A DNA stretch of 64,000 nt from Mycoplasmatales bacterium (GTDB lineage: Bacteria; Bacillota_I; Bacilli_A; Mycoplasmatales; MT37), in assembly GCA_965196725.1 (NCBI GenBank), contig OZ239770.1, forward strand, positions 78,018 through 142,017, given 5' to 3'. The translations under genes and the position numbers were made by a program. The notes below the pieces were generated by a model. That model was not told the DNA's origin, did not search any database, and saw only the letters and a list, made by a program, of their open reading frames with translations. Below are positions 1-11,085 of this stretch, one piece after another. Numbering within the stretch: position 1 is the stretch's first letter; each line of letters opens with the position of its first letter.

Positions 1-948
1 TTTTTTCACCGCGCGGGAAATTCCCATTCGTAAGCCTTGTTCATGGGTTCCACCATCATGGGTATTAATGTTGTTGCAGAACGAATAAATTGTTTGGGTG
101 TTATTTTCGACGTATTGAAACAGGTAACTAAACCGAATCATTTCTTTATTAAAACTCCCAAAAATAGGGGTCGTATTAACTTTAGTATCATTGCCAATCA
201 TTTTCGTTAATAAAGTCTGCAGCCCATTTTGAAAATGAAAGACTTGATGAAAATCATTCCGTTGGTCAGTAAAACTAATGTTAATGTTGGCGTTAATGTA
301 AGCGCTTTGTTCAAGCCGATTTTTAACGATATTATGGTCTAAACTGTATGGTTCATCAAAGAGTTTATTATCCGGTTTAAAAATGACAACTGTTCCATGC
401 TTAAAATCAGGTCGATCGGAATCAGTTACCACCACATCATTGGTAGTTTTCAAACCATTTTCAAACCGCAGGGTATGCATTTTATTTTTTTGATAAACTT
501 TGACCACTAAATATTTGCTTAACGCATTGGTCACGGTTGAACCAACGCCGTGTAAACCACCGGAGACCTGATAGGTTTGATTATCAAATTTAGCTGAAGC
601 ATGTAAAACAGAGAAGACTGTTTCCAGTGTCGAAACCCCGCTTTCTGGATTATAACCAGTCGGAATACCACGTCCATTATCTTCGATAATAACTTCTTCA
701 TGATTGGTAATTGTGACCTTAACAGTGTCACAAAAACCCGCTAAATATTCATCAAGCGCATTATCAATAATTTCTCAAATTAATTGATGAAAACCATTTA
801 GATCAGTTGATCCAATGTACATGGCCGGGTTTTGCCGAACAGCCGGGGTCCCTTTTAAAACTTTAATCGATTCGCTGCTATATTTTGTGCTCATATTGGA
901 AGATGAAGAAGATAATTTAGCTCTCAAAGAAGAATTTTCGATTGGCAT
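1..948 (-). CDS. Type IIA topoisomerase subunit B (GyrB or ParE), N-terminal ATPase part; gene continues beyond window start
   Basis: Minus-strand translation from ATG 948-946: MPIENSS..KVLKGTPAVRQNPAMYIGSTD..IWEIIDNALDE..EDNGRGIP..GGLHGVGSTV (GHKL ATPase motifs). One in-frame TGA is read as Trp. GyrB and ParE cannot be told apart from this fragment. Confidence 0.85.
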
Positions 949-985
949 CGTTTAGTATCCATTATACATTTATTAAAGAGCAAAA

Positions 986-1819
986 TTATAACTTATTTTT
1001 GAATGGTGGAAAGGAGAGTTTAAAGAGTTGACAAGCGTTTTGACTAGTCGTTCATAAAACATCGGCCAAACTACTTGTTTTTAGCTTCGCAACCAGTTGA
1101 GCAGTTTCAAGTAAATAATGGGGATAATTAATTTTGCCACGGTTGGATTGGGGTGCTAAATAGGGCGCATCAGTTTCTAAAACAAAGGCGGAAAGCGGAA
1201 GCATTTTAACTATTGTTCGTAAATTTTCGGCATTGGGAAAAGTTAAAATTCCTCCTAAAGCGAGTTTAAATCCCCGGGCAATTAATCAATTAGCGTCTTC
1301 TAAACTGCCCGCAAAACAATGACTGATCCCTTGCAAGGCAAAGGGTTTTAAAATGGTTTTTAAATCAGCAAAAGCTTTGCGAACGTGTAATAAAACTGGC
1401 AGTTGATATTTGGCGGCTAATTTTAATTGAGCTTTAAATAATCATTTTTGCCGGGCAATGGTGGCGAAATTATAGTGATAATCCAATCCAATCTCACCGA
1501 TGGCAACGATTTTATCTCGATTAGTTTGAATTAACATTTCCAACGCTTGAATAGTTTGGGAATCAACTTTATCCGCTTCATGCGGATGAATTCCGACCGC
1601 TGGTAAACAGTTCGGAAACTGCTGTGCTTGTTTAATAACAATTTGACTACTTGTTAAATCAGTGCCAACGTTAATTAAATACTGAGCATGAGCTGTCATT
1701 GCGGCATGATAAATCATTGCGGGGGTCATTTTTTGCTCGGCAAAGCGCTGGTCAAATAAATGACAATGCGTATCAATTCAACTTTTAAACGATGGTGTTT
1801 TAATTAATGATTTGGGCAT
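986..1819 (-). CDS. tatD: TatD-family metal-dependent hydrolase/DNase
   Basis: MPKSLIKTPSFKSWIDTHCHLFDQRF..AIGEIGLDYHY..LPVLLHVRKA..VLETDAPYL. Contiguous only with TGA=Trp; TAA stop at 986-988. Confidence 0.85.
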
Positions 1820-2246
1820 CGGGTTTACTTCGAAATGATTGTTGAATTTTTTCCATCTTACATTCTAATTGATAATGGAAACGAAATTTTTGAAAGAGAA
1901 CCCGAGCAAGGAAATTTTCAAAGGTTTTTTTGTTTTGGCGGAATTTACCGGTTAAAAGAGCGGATTGATTGCTTTTAATTTCGACAATAATTTGGTCACG
2001 ATTTTTGAAAAGAACTTTCAGCTTTTCAATCTGAATTTCATATTCAGTTTGAATAATATCAAACAAAACAGTTTCAATTGTTTTAATAATCGCGGCAAAA
2101 TTATAAAATAAAACTGTATAGCGCCGGAAAAAAACCAATTTTTCTGTTCTTAAAAGCGAATAAAAAACTGGTTGATCCGGTTTTTGTAAACGACGTTGAA
2201 ATTTTTTTATTTGGAAGAAAAAGAAAAAAACCTTTTCAATGTTCAT
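1800..2246 (-). CDS. Hypothetical basic 148-aa protein; overlaps yidC 3' end by 40 nt and tatD 5' end by 20 nt; contains the perfect match to CRISPR spacer 16
   Basis: Uninterrupted ORF (ATG 2246, TAA 1800-1802) in the same orientation as its neighbours. I recognise no family motif. Confidence 0.5.
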   Translation of the reverse strand: MNIEKVFFFFFQIKKFQRRLQKPDQPVFYSLLRTEKLVFFRRYTVLFYNFAAIIKTIETVLFDIIQTEYEIQIEKLKVLFKNRDQIIVEIKSNQSALLTGKFRQNKKTFENFLARVLFQKFRFHYQLECKMEKIQQSFRSKPDAQIIN

Positions 2247-3388
2247 GGTTTAATCACTCCTTTTTTCAGCAACGCACGTTGTTTTTTTTGTCATTTTTCA
2301 AGATAAAAAAAGATTATTTTTTGTAGAATTTCGAACAACGAACTAAAAATCCAGTAAATACTTGTTCCGGTTGGCACGATAAAAAAGAAGACCAAAAACA
2401 TAATTTTGAAAACTCATTTAAAGAGAAAACTACGTGTTTTATTCTCGGTTTTGGGATTTTGAATGATAATCACTTTCTGTTCTTTTTTAAAAAGGCGGTC
2501 AAAGCCAAAATTATCGAATAAAAACAAACTTAAATAAACTCCGACTGGAAGTAAATAAATCCATTGCAAAGCTTTTAAACTGTCTCAAATGGTGCGGGTT
2601 AGAGAAAAGGTTTCTGTTCCAGAATCTTTAATCATTCTCGTTGTTCTAACCATGATAAAAATCGCAAAAAGAAAAGGGGTAAAAAGAAAACTATTCAAGG
2701 CGTTGCCGGAGGGACTAACATTCATTTTGCGATACATCTTCATGATTTCGAATTGCATTTGTTGTTTGCTGTGAAAATCGTCTTTATTACGATATTTCGC
2801 TTTAATTTCGTTGGCTTTATGCTGTAAAATTTTCATTTTATCAGCGTTTTTATATGTTTTTCAAGCATTAAAACCAACAATAATTCGAATCATTAAACTG
2901 ACCAGAAAAATTGAAGAAATCATAATCCACAGATTACTTTGTGCATGTAAATGATTTGCTGATCACCCAAAAAGATAAGAAATTTTAACCGTGATTCAAC
3001 TCAAAGGAAAAACAAAACAGACATGGAAAAGGGATTGAGAATATTTTCAAATTAAAGCAACGTTATCAGCACCGTAATAATGGTATTGATAAAAATCATT
3101 GCCAACAAGATGAAAATAATGCCGTTTAAAACTTAAAGCGGTTTCATAACCTGCTAAAACTTCAAAAAAAGTGCCGGATAAATAATCTTTTTTACCATCA
3201 CTATCGGTAATTGCAGCGGTGTTAATTTGCTGGCGGAAGAATAAAATTCCTAATCCTCAGAAAAAATTTAAAAGCATAAAAAGAAAGATTATTAAGCGCA
3301 AACCCTGAAACAAAGAACGCAAAACTTGTTTGGTCTTAGCGGGTTTAATCTCTAAATTAGCGCGATAAAAAATGTTATGATTGGTCAT
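2207..3388 (-). CDS. yidC: Membrane protein insertase YidC/Oxa1 family
   Basis: Directly downstream of rnpA. MTNHNIFYRANLEIKP.., then ..KMKILQHKANEIKAKYRNKDDFHSKQQMQFEIMKMYRKMNVSP.. and hydrophobic segments. Frame is continuous across several TGA codons to TAA at 2207-2209. Confidence 0.85.
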
Positions 3389-3743
3389 TTTGAACCTTTT
3401 CATGTTTGGAAATGTTTGCTAAACGTATGAAAATTTTCTGTAAAACAGTTTTTAACTGCGCGGGCGGAAATTGAAAGTAGTTATCTAGCACCATAAAGAC
3501 AATGTCTAATCCTAATTGAGGGCGAAAAACTTCTCGGAGCAACGGACGGATCTGGCGTTTAATTCGATTGCGTTCAACTGCTTCCGTTTTCATTGCTCGA
3601 CTGATGACAATCGCACAACAAGTTGGTTGCTTTTGGGTTGTTGTTTGAAGATAAAAGACTAAAAAAGGGTTAAAACGAATTCGTTTGCCGGCGCGAAAAA
3701 CGGTTTGAAGAGCAGGACCTTTAAGAACTGGGAAAAATTTCAT
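3375..3743 (-). CDS. rnpA: Ribonuclease P protein component
   Basis: 122-aa basic ORF between rpmH and yidC; ..AVERNRIKRQIRPLLREV.. motif (RNR-box-like). Confidence 0.85.
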   Translation of the reverse strand: MKFFPVLKGPALQTVFRAGKRIRFNPFLVFYLQTTTQKQPTCCAIVISRAMKTEAVERNRIKRQIRPLLREVFRPQLGLDIVFMVLDNYFQFPPAQLKTVLQKIFIRLANISKHEKVQNDQS

Positions 3744-3758
3744 ATATAAAAAGAGCAG

Positions 3759-3893
3759 TTAAACCGTTAAAGATTTACGTTGTTTTTGCCGGCGATGACG
3801 CAAAATTTTGCGACCATCAGCGGTTGCCATTCGGGCGCGAAACCCGTGCTTACGTAAGCGTTTTGTTTTTTTGGGTTGATAAGTTCTTTTCAT
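3759..3893 (-). CDS. rpmH: 50S ribosomal protein L34
   Basis: Translation [44 protein letters not shown]. Confidence 0.95.
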   Translation of the reverse strand: MKRTYQPKKTKRLRKHGFRARMATADGRKILRHRRQKQRKSLTV

Positions 3894-3960
3894 AACAAAA
3901 TTGATTCTATTCCTCTAAGGATAAAAAAGGACACTTCATCCATTAGATTATAACACTTTT

Positions 3961-4698
3961 TTAGTCTTTCAAGTGCAATTTGCGAGCAAAAACCAATAAA
4001 CTTTCCAGTCCTAATAAATACATTTGATCAAAAGTAAAGGCGCGATCGGCAAAAGTGGTTTCTTGACTTTCTTTGGTCGGATAAAGAAGATCAGAAACAG
4101 TGAGAATAGTAGCAGTAGCACGGTTAAATTTTTTTCCGAGCGCAAATAAGGCGTATGCTTCCATATCAACAGCTGATAGGTTGTGGTTTTGACTCAATTG
4201 GATTTGAGCATGATTTTGATCATAAAAAACGTTGGTGGTTAAAATATTACCCGTTTTTAACGTTTGTTTTAACCGAACAGCGGTTTGCTGAATAATTGCA
4301 TTTAAACGATGATCAGCGGGTAAAAAATGGTTCGTTTGCCCGGCATGTGATCAAAAAAGAAATCGACTTCAAGCTTGTTCAACTAAAAGTAAATCACGAA
4401 TTATCAATTGTTGAGAATAAGCACCACAAGTTCCAACCCGAATGATTGCTTGAACATGATAGTCATGAAAAAGTTCGTGGGCATAAATCGCAATTGAACC
4501 AATCCCCATCCCGCTCGTTGCAAACGTAACGGTTTGCCCTTTATATTGCCCGGTAAAACAATAATTATTACGAACTTTGGAAACTAATTGTGGATTAGTG
4601 AGAAATTTTTTTGCCATATATTCGGTTCGCAATGGATCACCAGCAATTAAAACAAGGGGGGCAATTTGGGTTGCTGAAGCATTTAAATGACGAGACAT
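3961..4698 (-). CDS. deoD: Purine nucleoside phosphorylase, DeoD type
   Basis: ..IAGDPLRTEYMAKKFL..ATSGMGIGSIAIYAHEL..RVGTCGA..VDMEAYALFALG.. Two ORF-track fragments join in frame through TGA codons; I checked that no TAA/TAG lies between them. Confidence 0.9.
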
Positions 4699-4746
4699 AA
4701 TTTAATTTGGTCGCCGCGAGATTTGGGCAAACGGTGGCAATTTGGT

Positions 4747-5640
4747 TCAGTTACGTTTGAAAAAAGTGTAAAAACCATAAAAAAATAAAGCAATCACAGA
4801 AAGAAAATAACTGGTTGTTTTGATCAATTCAACATATAGTTCGCCGGCCTGACTATTAGCAAGCGTTTGTAAAACAACAAACAGAAAAGTAAAAAACAAA
4901 GTTAAGAAAATTTGGTGATTAGCAAGGTTTAAAATTGCCAACCCAATAAACCCGTATCCAAACACGGTGCCGGAAAAAAGCGTTTGAGCTTCGATGAAAA
5001 ATAAACCGGCAAAAGTAATCAGAATTGAACCGAGTAATAAAGCAAGATAACGATATTTTTGCACATTCAGTCCCATTAAAAGAAGCGCTTTTTCGTTTTT
5101 ACCGGAAGCACGAATTCGTAATCCGGATGTTGTTCAATAAATGAAAAAATAAACAATAAATGCTAATGCTAAACCAACAAAAAGATGAATAAAGACCGGC
5201 AGTTGTCGAAAAAGATAGGCATCAAATTCAGGATTGGCGTACAGGAAAATAAAGTCTTTTTGGGTAAAACTAGAAAAATTACGGACTAAAACAATGACAA
5301 ACGAAGCAATTCCGCCAATAATAATGTTTAAGGCTAACCCAACCAAAATAGCATCCATTCTCAAAGTGACACTTAAAGTTGTAAAAAGCAAGGTAAAGAG
5401 AAAGACAAACAAAAAGGAAAGCAAAAATGATAAAAGATAAACTGCTAAATCAGAGGTCAAACTTTTCCGGAGGAGAAAATTCATCAGCGTAAAAATAAAA
5501 ACAGCGGTTGTTAGTTGACCTTCTAAAGCAATATTAATTACCCCGGATAACTCCGATAATAAAGCAGTTAAAGCAATCAGAAATAAACAACCAAATAAAA
5601 GGAGTGTTCGATGGTCAATAAAATTTTGTAGTGTTAACAT
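4747..5640 (-). CDS. ABC transporter permease (nucleoside/sugar, BMP-associated type)
   Basis: Polytopic hydrophobic protein. Fragments 4747-5076 and 5134-5640 join in frame (..IYWTTSGLRIRASGKNEKALLLMGLNV..). Lies in an operon with the ATPase and BMP lipoprotein. Confidence 0.8.
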
Positions 5641-5650
5641 GATTTGACTT

Positions 5651-6814
5651 CTAATGGCGCTTCCTTTCCCGGTGTTTTGTTCAGAAATTAATCAGCGGGG
5701 CAAAATAAAGTTGCAATTTTGCTTTTCAAACGACTTTTTCGGCTTTTGACATTGAAAGCAAACGATTCATAAAAGCCACAGTTAATAGAATAAAACCAAG
5801 AATAATTTCAACATTTGAGGCGGGCAAATCACTTGTCACAATTTGGGTTTGTTGATATCTTAACATCGCAACAAAAAAAGTGACAAACGGCAAAACAAAA
5901 AATGATCCCTGCGATAATCAAACAATTGAAATCGTATCAAACCCATTGCTTGGCAATGCTTCTTCTTTGAAAAGATAATTGTTATCAAAATTACGGTAAT
6001 AGTAAAAAATTCCCGCTAAACCAGCTAGCAAACCACTGAAAGCAATCAGACCTAAAAGTTCCCGGGAACGATTAATACCAGCATACCGAACTGCTTTATG
6101 ATTAATTGCTAAAATCTTCATTTTGAAACCATAAAGTGTTTTCTTGAAAAGAAAAACAAAAACGATCACAACAAAAAAAGCAACAAACAAAGAAACAGGT
6201 AGCAAATTACCAATTAAAAGGTTGATTCCCATTAGATTGTTAACATTATTCATCGTCAATGTTCGTCCGATTAAATTGGTAAAATCAGGATGCGAAACAT
6301 AAAAACGATAGACGTGCATAATCACGTAATTAAGCATAATGGTTGTGAGAATCTCACTAACACCAAAGTAAATTTTTAGCGCACCAGTAAAAATAGCAAT
6401 TGTCATCGCGGTTAAAATTCCAACTACAAGTAAAAGAAAAATTCATAAAACTTTATAATCACCAACTAAATTGGCCATGTTTAAGTGATTGGCAAGGGCA
6501 AAAATAACCAGTCCGCTGGCCGACATTTGGCCGGCAACACCAAGATTAATAAAACCAACGTTAAAACAAATTAAAACCGCTACCGAACCAATTAAAAATG
6601 GCGCAAATTGCTTTAAAATCTGCACAAAAGTATTAAGATTAGTAAAAGGTTGATAAAACAAATCAACAAAGATAACGTCGCCATTATACTTGTCGGTTGA
6701 TAAAAGAAACAATCAAAAAAGAAGGACAACCAGATAAATCGATAACAAAGAAGCTGTTAGACGTTTAAGGGTGGCAACAATTTGCTGATTTCGATTTTCA
6801 CTTGCAAATTTCAT
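5651..6814 (-). CDS. ABC transporter permease (nucleoside/sugar, BMP-associated type)
   Basis: ATG 6814-6812 (MKFASENRNQQIV..), continuous in one frame through TGA codons to TAG at 5651-5653. Contains ..AINHKAVRYAGIN.. and multiple TM segments. Confidence 0.8.
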
Positions 6815-6817
6815 AAT

Positions 6818-8743
6818 TTAACTTCCTTTCCCTGTTATTAAAGTTCCAATTTCATGTAAGGCGGCGGTTTTATCTTTGATTTGGACAACTCCCATTATGC
6901 ACCCTTTACTCATTACAATTACACGATCAGAAATGGTGACAATCTCTTTTAAATCAACACTGGAAAAGAGGAGTGTCATTTTTTGTTGGGTTTTAACTTC
7001 AAGAAAAAGATTATATAAGAAATTTTTTGCTTTTAAATCAATTCCTCATGTTGGTTCATCAATTAATAAAAGGTGCGGTTGTTTTTCCATTTCACGACCA
7101 ATTAAAAATTTTTGAATATTTCCACCCGAAAGGGAACGAATTGGTTGTTTATAACTATGAAAACCGGCAATTTGATACTTTTTAATCAAATCATAAACAT
7201 GTTGCGCAGCCAGATTTTGATTAAACATTTTATAGGGGAAAAAACGCTTGTTCGTCAAATCATTAAAAACTAAATTGATGTGTAAGGGTTGATTTAAAAG
7301 AGCAGTTTCTTTAATCCGATCTTGTGATAAATAACCAATTTTTAATTTTTGACGATGATGAATTGATAATTTATCCAACCTGATTGATGATGCTGCTTGG
7401 TCATTTTGTTGGTGGCAATGAAAATGAAAACTACCCTGCTGCAGTTTTTCTAAACCATAAAGGGAACGCAAAAGGGTTGATTGACCATTATTTTCAATCC
7501 CTGCTAAGCCCACAATTTCCCCCTGATAAAGTTTAAAATTAAGATGTTGCAAATTTTGCCCTTCATAACTTTCTAGGGTAATGTTTTTCGCTTCCAGCAA
7601 AAGCGGTTTACTGTTGATTTGGTCAGATCCTTCCATTGTTTTGATTTTAGGGGTTCCTCCAACCATTAAACGGACTAATTCTTCGTCTGTAATTTCGTCA
7701 ACTTGGTAGTTACCAACCATTTTACCCTGGCGTAAAACAGTAATTTCATCAGCAACATGACGAATTTCATTAATTTTGTGGCTAATAAAAATAATTGCTT
7801 TGTTTTGTTTTTTATACTGAATCAATGAGTCTAAAAACTTTTTAATCTGATCAGATGGTAAAACGGAAGTTGGTTCATCAAAAATAATGATGTCAGAACG
7901 GCGGAATAAGGTTTTAAGAATTTCTGTTTGTTGTTGCTTAACAATACTAATGTCTTTAACTTTGTCGTTCAAATTAATCTGTAAATTAAAATCAGTGATT
8001 AATTTTTGCAATTCTTTGCGGGCTGCTGAATTACGATAAAAATTGGTTAAATTTTGATTATTAAATTTATCATACAAAGCATTCATAAGGTTGAGATATT
8101 TCTTTTCCACTAGCTTTGGATCATATTTTTTCAGAAAAAGTGTTTTCTGTTGTAAAAGCTCTTTAATTTGCTCAAGGCGTGTTGTTTCAGTTTCGCCTTG
8201 GTCTTTATTGAGCGGGAGCATTTTCAGTCTTTCTAACCGAACAGCATATGTGTCTTCAATTCGAATCACTTCCTGGCGGAGATTGTTTAATTCAGTTTCC
8301 TTGGCAAACAACAAATCATTTTTTGCTTGACTAAAGGCAGTCGCATTTTTTTGCCGCCGGGAAGGTGATACTAATTCGTATCCTAAAACAACATTTTCAA
8401 AAACAGAAAAATCATCAATTAAATTAAAATGTTGGCGCACAATTCCGATTCCAAGATGCATGGCTAAACGGGGATTATGTAATGAGGAAACTTGTTGATT
8501 TTTGATTCAAATTTGACCTGAGGTTGGTTTAATTTCACCACAAAGCATTTTGACAAACGTTGATTTTCCGGCGCCATTTTCGCCAAAAATCACATGAATT
8601 TTGCCATACTCAACCGCAAAATTGTTATTATCGTTTGAAACCAACCCATTAGGAAAACGATTCGTTAACGCAATTGTTTTAATCGCAATCTGTCCCGGTT
8701 GTTTTTGATGCCCATTCAAATGAGAAGAAGAATTACTGTTCAT
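6818..8743 (-). CDS. ABC transporter ATP-binding protein with two nucleotide-binding domains and a long insertion in NBD1
   Basis: Walker A GENGAGKST; IIIFDEPTSVL; second NBD GIENNGQSTL, LSGGNIQK, LLLIDEPTWGID. Fragments joined via TGA. Confidence 0.85.
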
Positions 8744-8761
8744 TACTTTTATTATCTCTCA

Positions 8762-10204
8762 TTATTTAGTGACGGAAAGGACCCTTGCTGATGGATTATT
8801 TAAAATTTGTTCAAAAACCAAATTAATATGACTTGGTAAGACAGATTTAAAGATTAGTTTTTGCAATGCTTGTTGTTGTGATTTAGCGATCATCGCTAGA
8901 TTTTGCCCGGCAATTAAAGTTTGATCTAAAACGCGTTGGTAAACTAGTCATACTGGGTTTGTTAGATTTTGGTAACGTTCAGGAATTTGGACGTATTCAC
9001 GATCATTTTTAGTATCTAAATTGCCAATTTTTTGACTTTTTAATGCTTTTTGACCACTATCAATTTTATGCAAAATTGTGGTTGTTAATTTTTGTAGATT
9101 GATTTTGGCCGAAACCAAAAAAACTGTTGGTGACGGTTCAAAGGTAATTGGAGCTTGATCTTTTGCTAAAATGGCAGCTTGATCGATATCAACACCAACG
9201 ACTCAATGTTGGCGATTTTTTTGGAGATAATTTTGTTCGTTAGCAACTTTTTGCATAATTGAGGTGAGATTAACAGCAATCGAAAAAAGGACAGAGACAC
9301 GATGCTTTTTAAATAGTTTTTGGGCTAAATGATATGTTTCTTTTCCGTTTAATTGGAGATCAAATCCACCAATGATAAGATTTTTAAAGAAACTCAATTC
9401 CACCTTTTGATCAGGATTGATAGGTAATTTTGTTGTCATTTTTCGAACAAGCGGATCTGAACTATTTTTGATTGCTTTAAGAATGGCTCGCCGATGATCA
9501 TTAACTTTTTCAATTGCTAACTTAAACCCTAATGCATAAGCGGCGATAGCGGGAATTTTTAATCCTCCTAGTGAAGCAAAGCGGATTTGTTTCCCATTGT
9601 TCGAATTTTGATCAGCATCTTTAAATAAATCTGGTCTTAAAAGGGCTTGAATAGCAGCGTATAATCCGGCATTATATCCGGCATATTGTTGATTAAAACC
9701 ATATTCATACAAATTACTTGGCCATCGACCGGGAAGTTTAGAATGAACAGGATTAAAAAAAGTATCAACGGAAAAAAAAGCATCTAATTTAGGATCAAAC
9801 TGTTTTAAATAACTGTTTAAAAACGCTGTGAAATTATAACCAGGCAACAGGAAAATACGTTTTTGATGAGGATATTTGAGAACTTGTGATTTTAAGTAGT
9901 CATAGATTTTCTTCGGATCAACAACTGTTCCTGAATATCCGTAACTAATTCGGGCGTTAAACTGTGGATTTGAAGTTAAACATTGCTGGGAAGCAATGTT
10001 TAAAAAATTACAAGTTCCATTAAGAATAGCTTGATGGAATCCTTTATCAACATAGGCATAGGGTTCGTTTAATAATAAGAAAAAAGTTGGCAAATCATCG
10101 CCTTTTTTCTCCTTCTTTTTTAAAATTAAAAAAATTGTTGCTCCAAACAAAATAAAACACAGCAAAAAAATAAAAATATGATGAAGAATTAAGCGAATTT
10201 TCAT
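8762..10204 (-). CDS. BMP-family substrate-binding (lipo)protein of the ABC uptake system
   Basis: N-terminal hydrophobic anchor MKIRLILHHIFIFLLCFILFGA.. First gene of the ABC operon. Continues past the TGA at 9203 to TAA at 8762-8764. Family call rests on context and overall look, not on a strict motif. Confidence 0.7.
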
Positions 10205-10320
10205 TATTTAGATATTGTTTAACCAAACTCTTCTTTCCTGTTTTAAATACTTAAAAAAAATTAGTATTCCAAAGAAAAAATTATAGCACAAGAAATTTTT
10301 TTAGTCTATTAAAAGTTAGA

Positions 10321-10935
10321 TCAACGATTAAACCGAACAAAATGTTTATCACATCTTGGTTCATAAACATCGGCGCCACCGACTAATTCTTCATCAGAAA
10401 TTAATTTGGGATTAACTGGTTGATGTGTTTGGTCAACTCTTTGGGTCTTAGTGGCGGGCAACTTACAAACAACACATTGAGCAAAAAGAAATTGCTCTAA
10501 ATCAGCAATTGCTCGCAATTGATCCATGACCGGTAAACGACGCTCTGAAAAACCTTGGTGCAAACCAGCACAAATTACCATTTTTTGCGCTTTTAATAAG
10601 TTTTTAATGATTAAAACGATTTCTGTGTCAAAAAAGTGCGTTTCATCAAAGCAAACAATATTAACAATTTTTGCTTGATTATTTTCGCTTTGAGTTATAA
10701 TTTGCGGAATTTCATTAGAGCTAGCAATGGTTTTTGCAACCACGGAAAAACCATTGCGACTAAAAAAAAGATCATTAGCTCGTCGATCTAACCTAGGTTT
10801 AAAACAAACAACAAAATATCCTTGCTTGCGAAAAGCAATAATATCAGTAATTAATTTAGTGGTTTTGCCAGCAAACATTGGTCCACAAATAATTTTTAAT
10901 TTAGCAGGTAAAAACGAATGGTTTTTTAATTTCAT
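10321..10935 (-). CDS. tdk: Thymidine kinase
   Basis: P-loop GPMFAGKTT; C-terminal zinc-ribbon cysteines (CVVC..C). Confidence 0.9.
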   Translation of the reverse strand: MKLKNHSFLPAKLKIICGPMFAGKTTKLITDIIAFRKQGYFVVCFKPRLDRRANDLFFSRNGFSVVAKTIASSNEIPQIITQSENNQAKIVNIVCFDETHFFDTEIVLIIKNLLKAQKMVICAGLHQGFSERRLPVMDQLRAIADLEQFLFAQCVVCKLPATKTQRVDQTHQPVNPKLISDEELVGGADVYEPRCDKHFVRFNR

Positions 10936-11085
10936 ACGATAGTTTTAAAATGGTTTTTTTCTACATTACATTCAATGGTTTTATTATGTATGAGAATGAA
11001 ACGAATGTCAAATTAAAGGCAAATAGTATTCAGTTTGAATTAATAGTAGGTTATATTATTAAAAATGAAGAAGACAGACTAGGCA

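Noticed and set aside
1864-1893. Spacer 47 (62778-62807) shares 12 nt (ATGGAAACGAAA, 1875-1886) and an FRFH peptide with ORF 1800-2246
   Set aside because: Overall identity is only 19/30. The same spacer also gives an 11-nt match in the opposite orientation at 1850-1860, because the region contains TTTCCAT/ATGGAAA. A 12-mer hit in AT-rich sequence is within chance expectation.
10936-11085. DnaA boxes flanking dnaA
   Set aside because: No perfect TTATCCACA or its complement occurs in either flank. Only degenerate candidates are present, so no box coordinates are reported.
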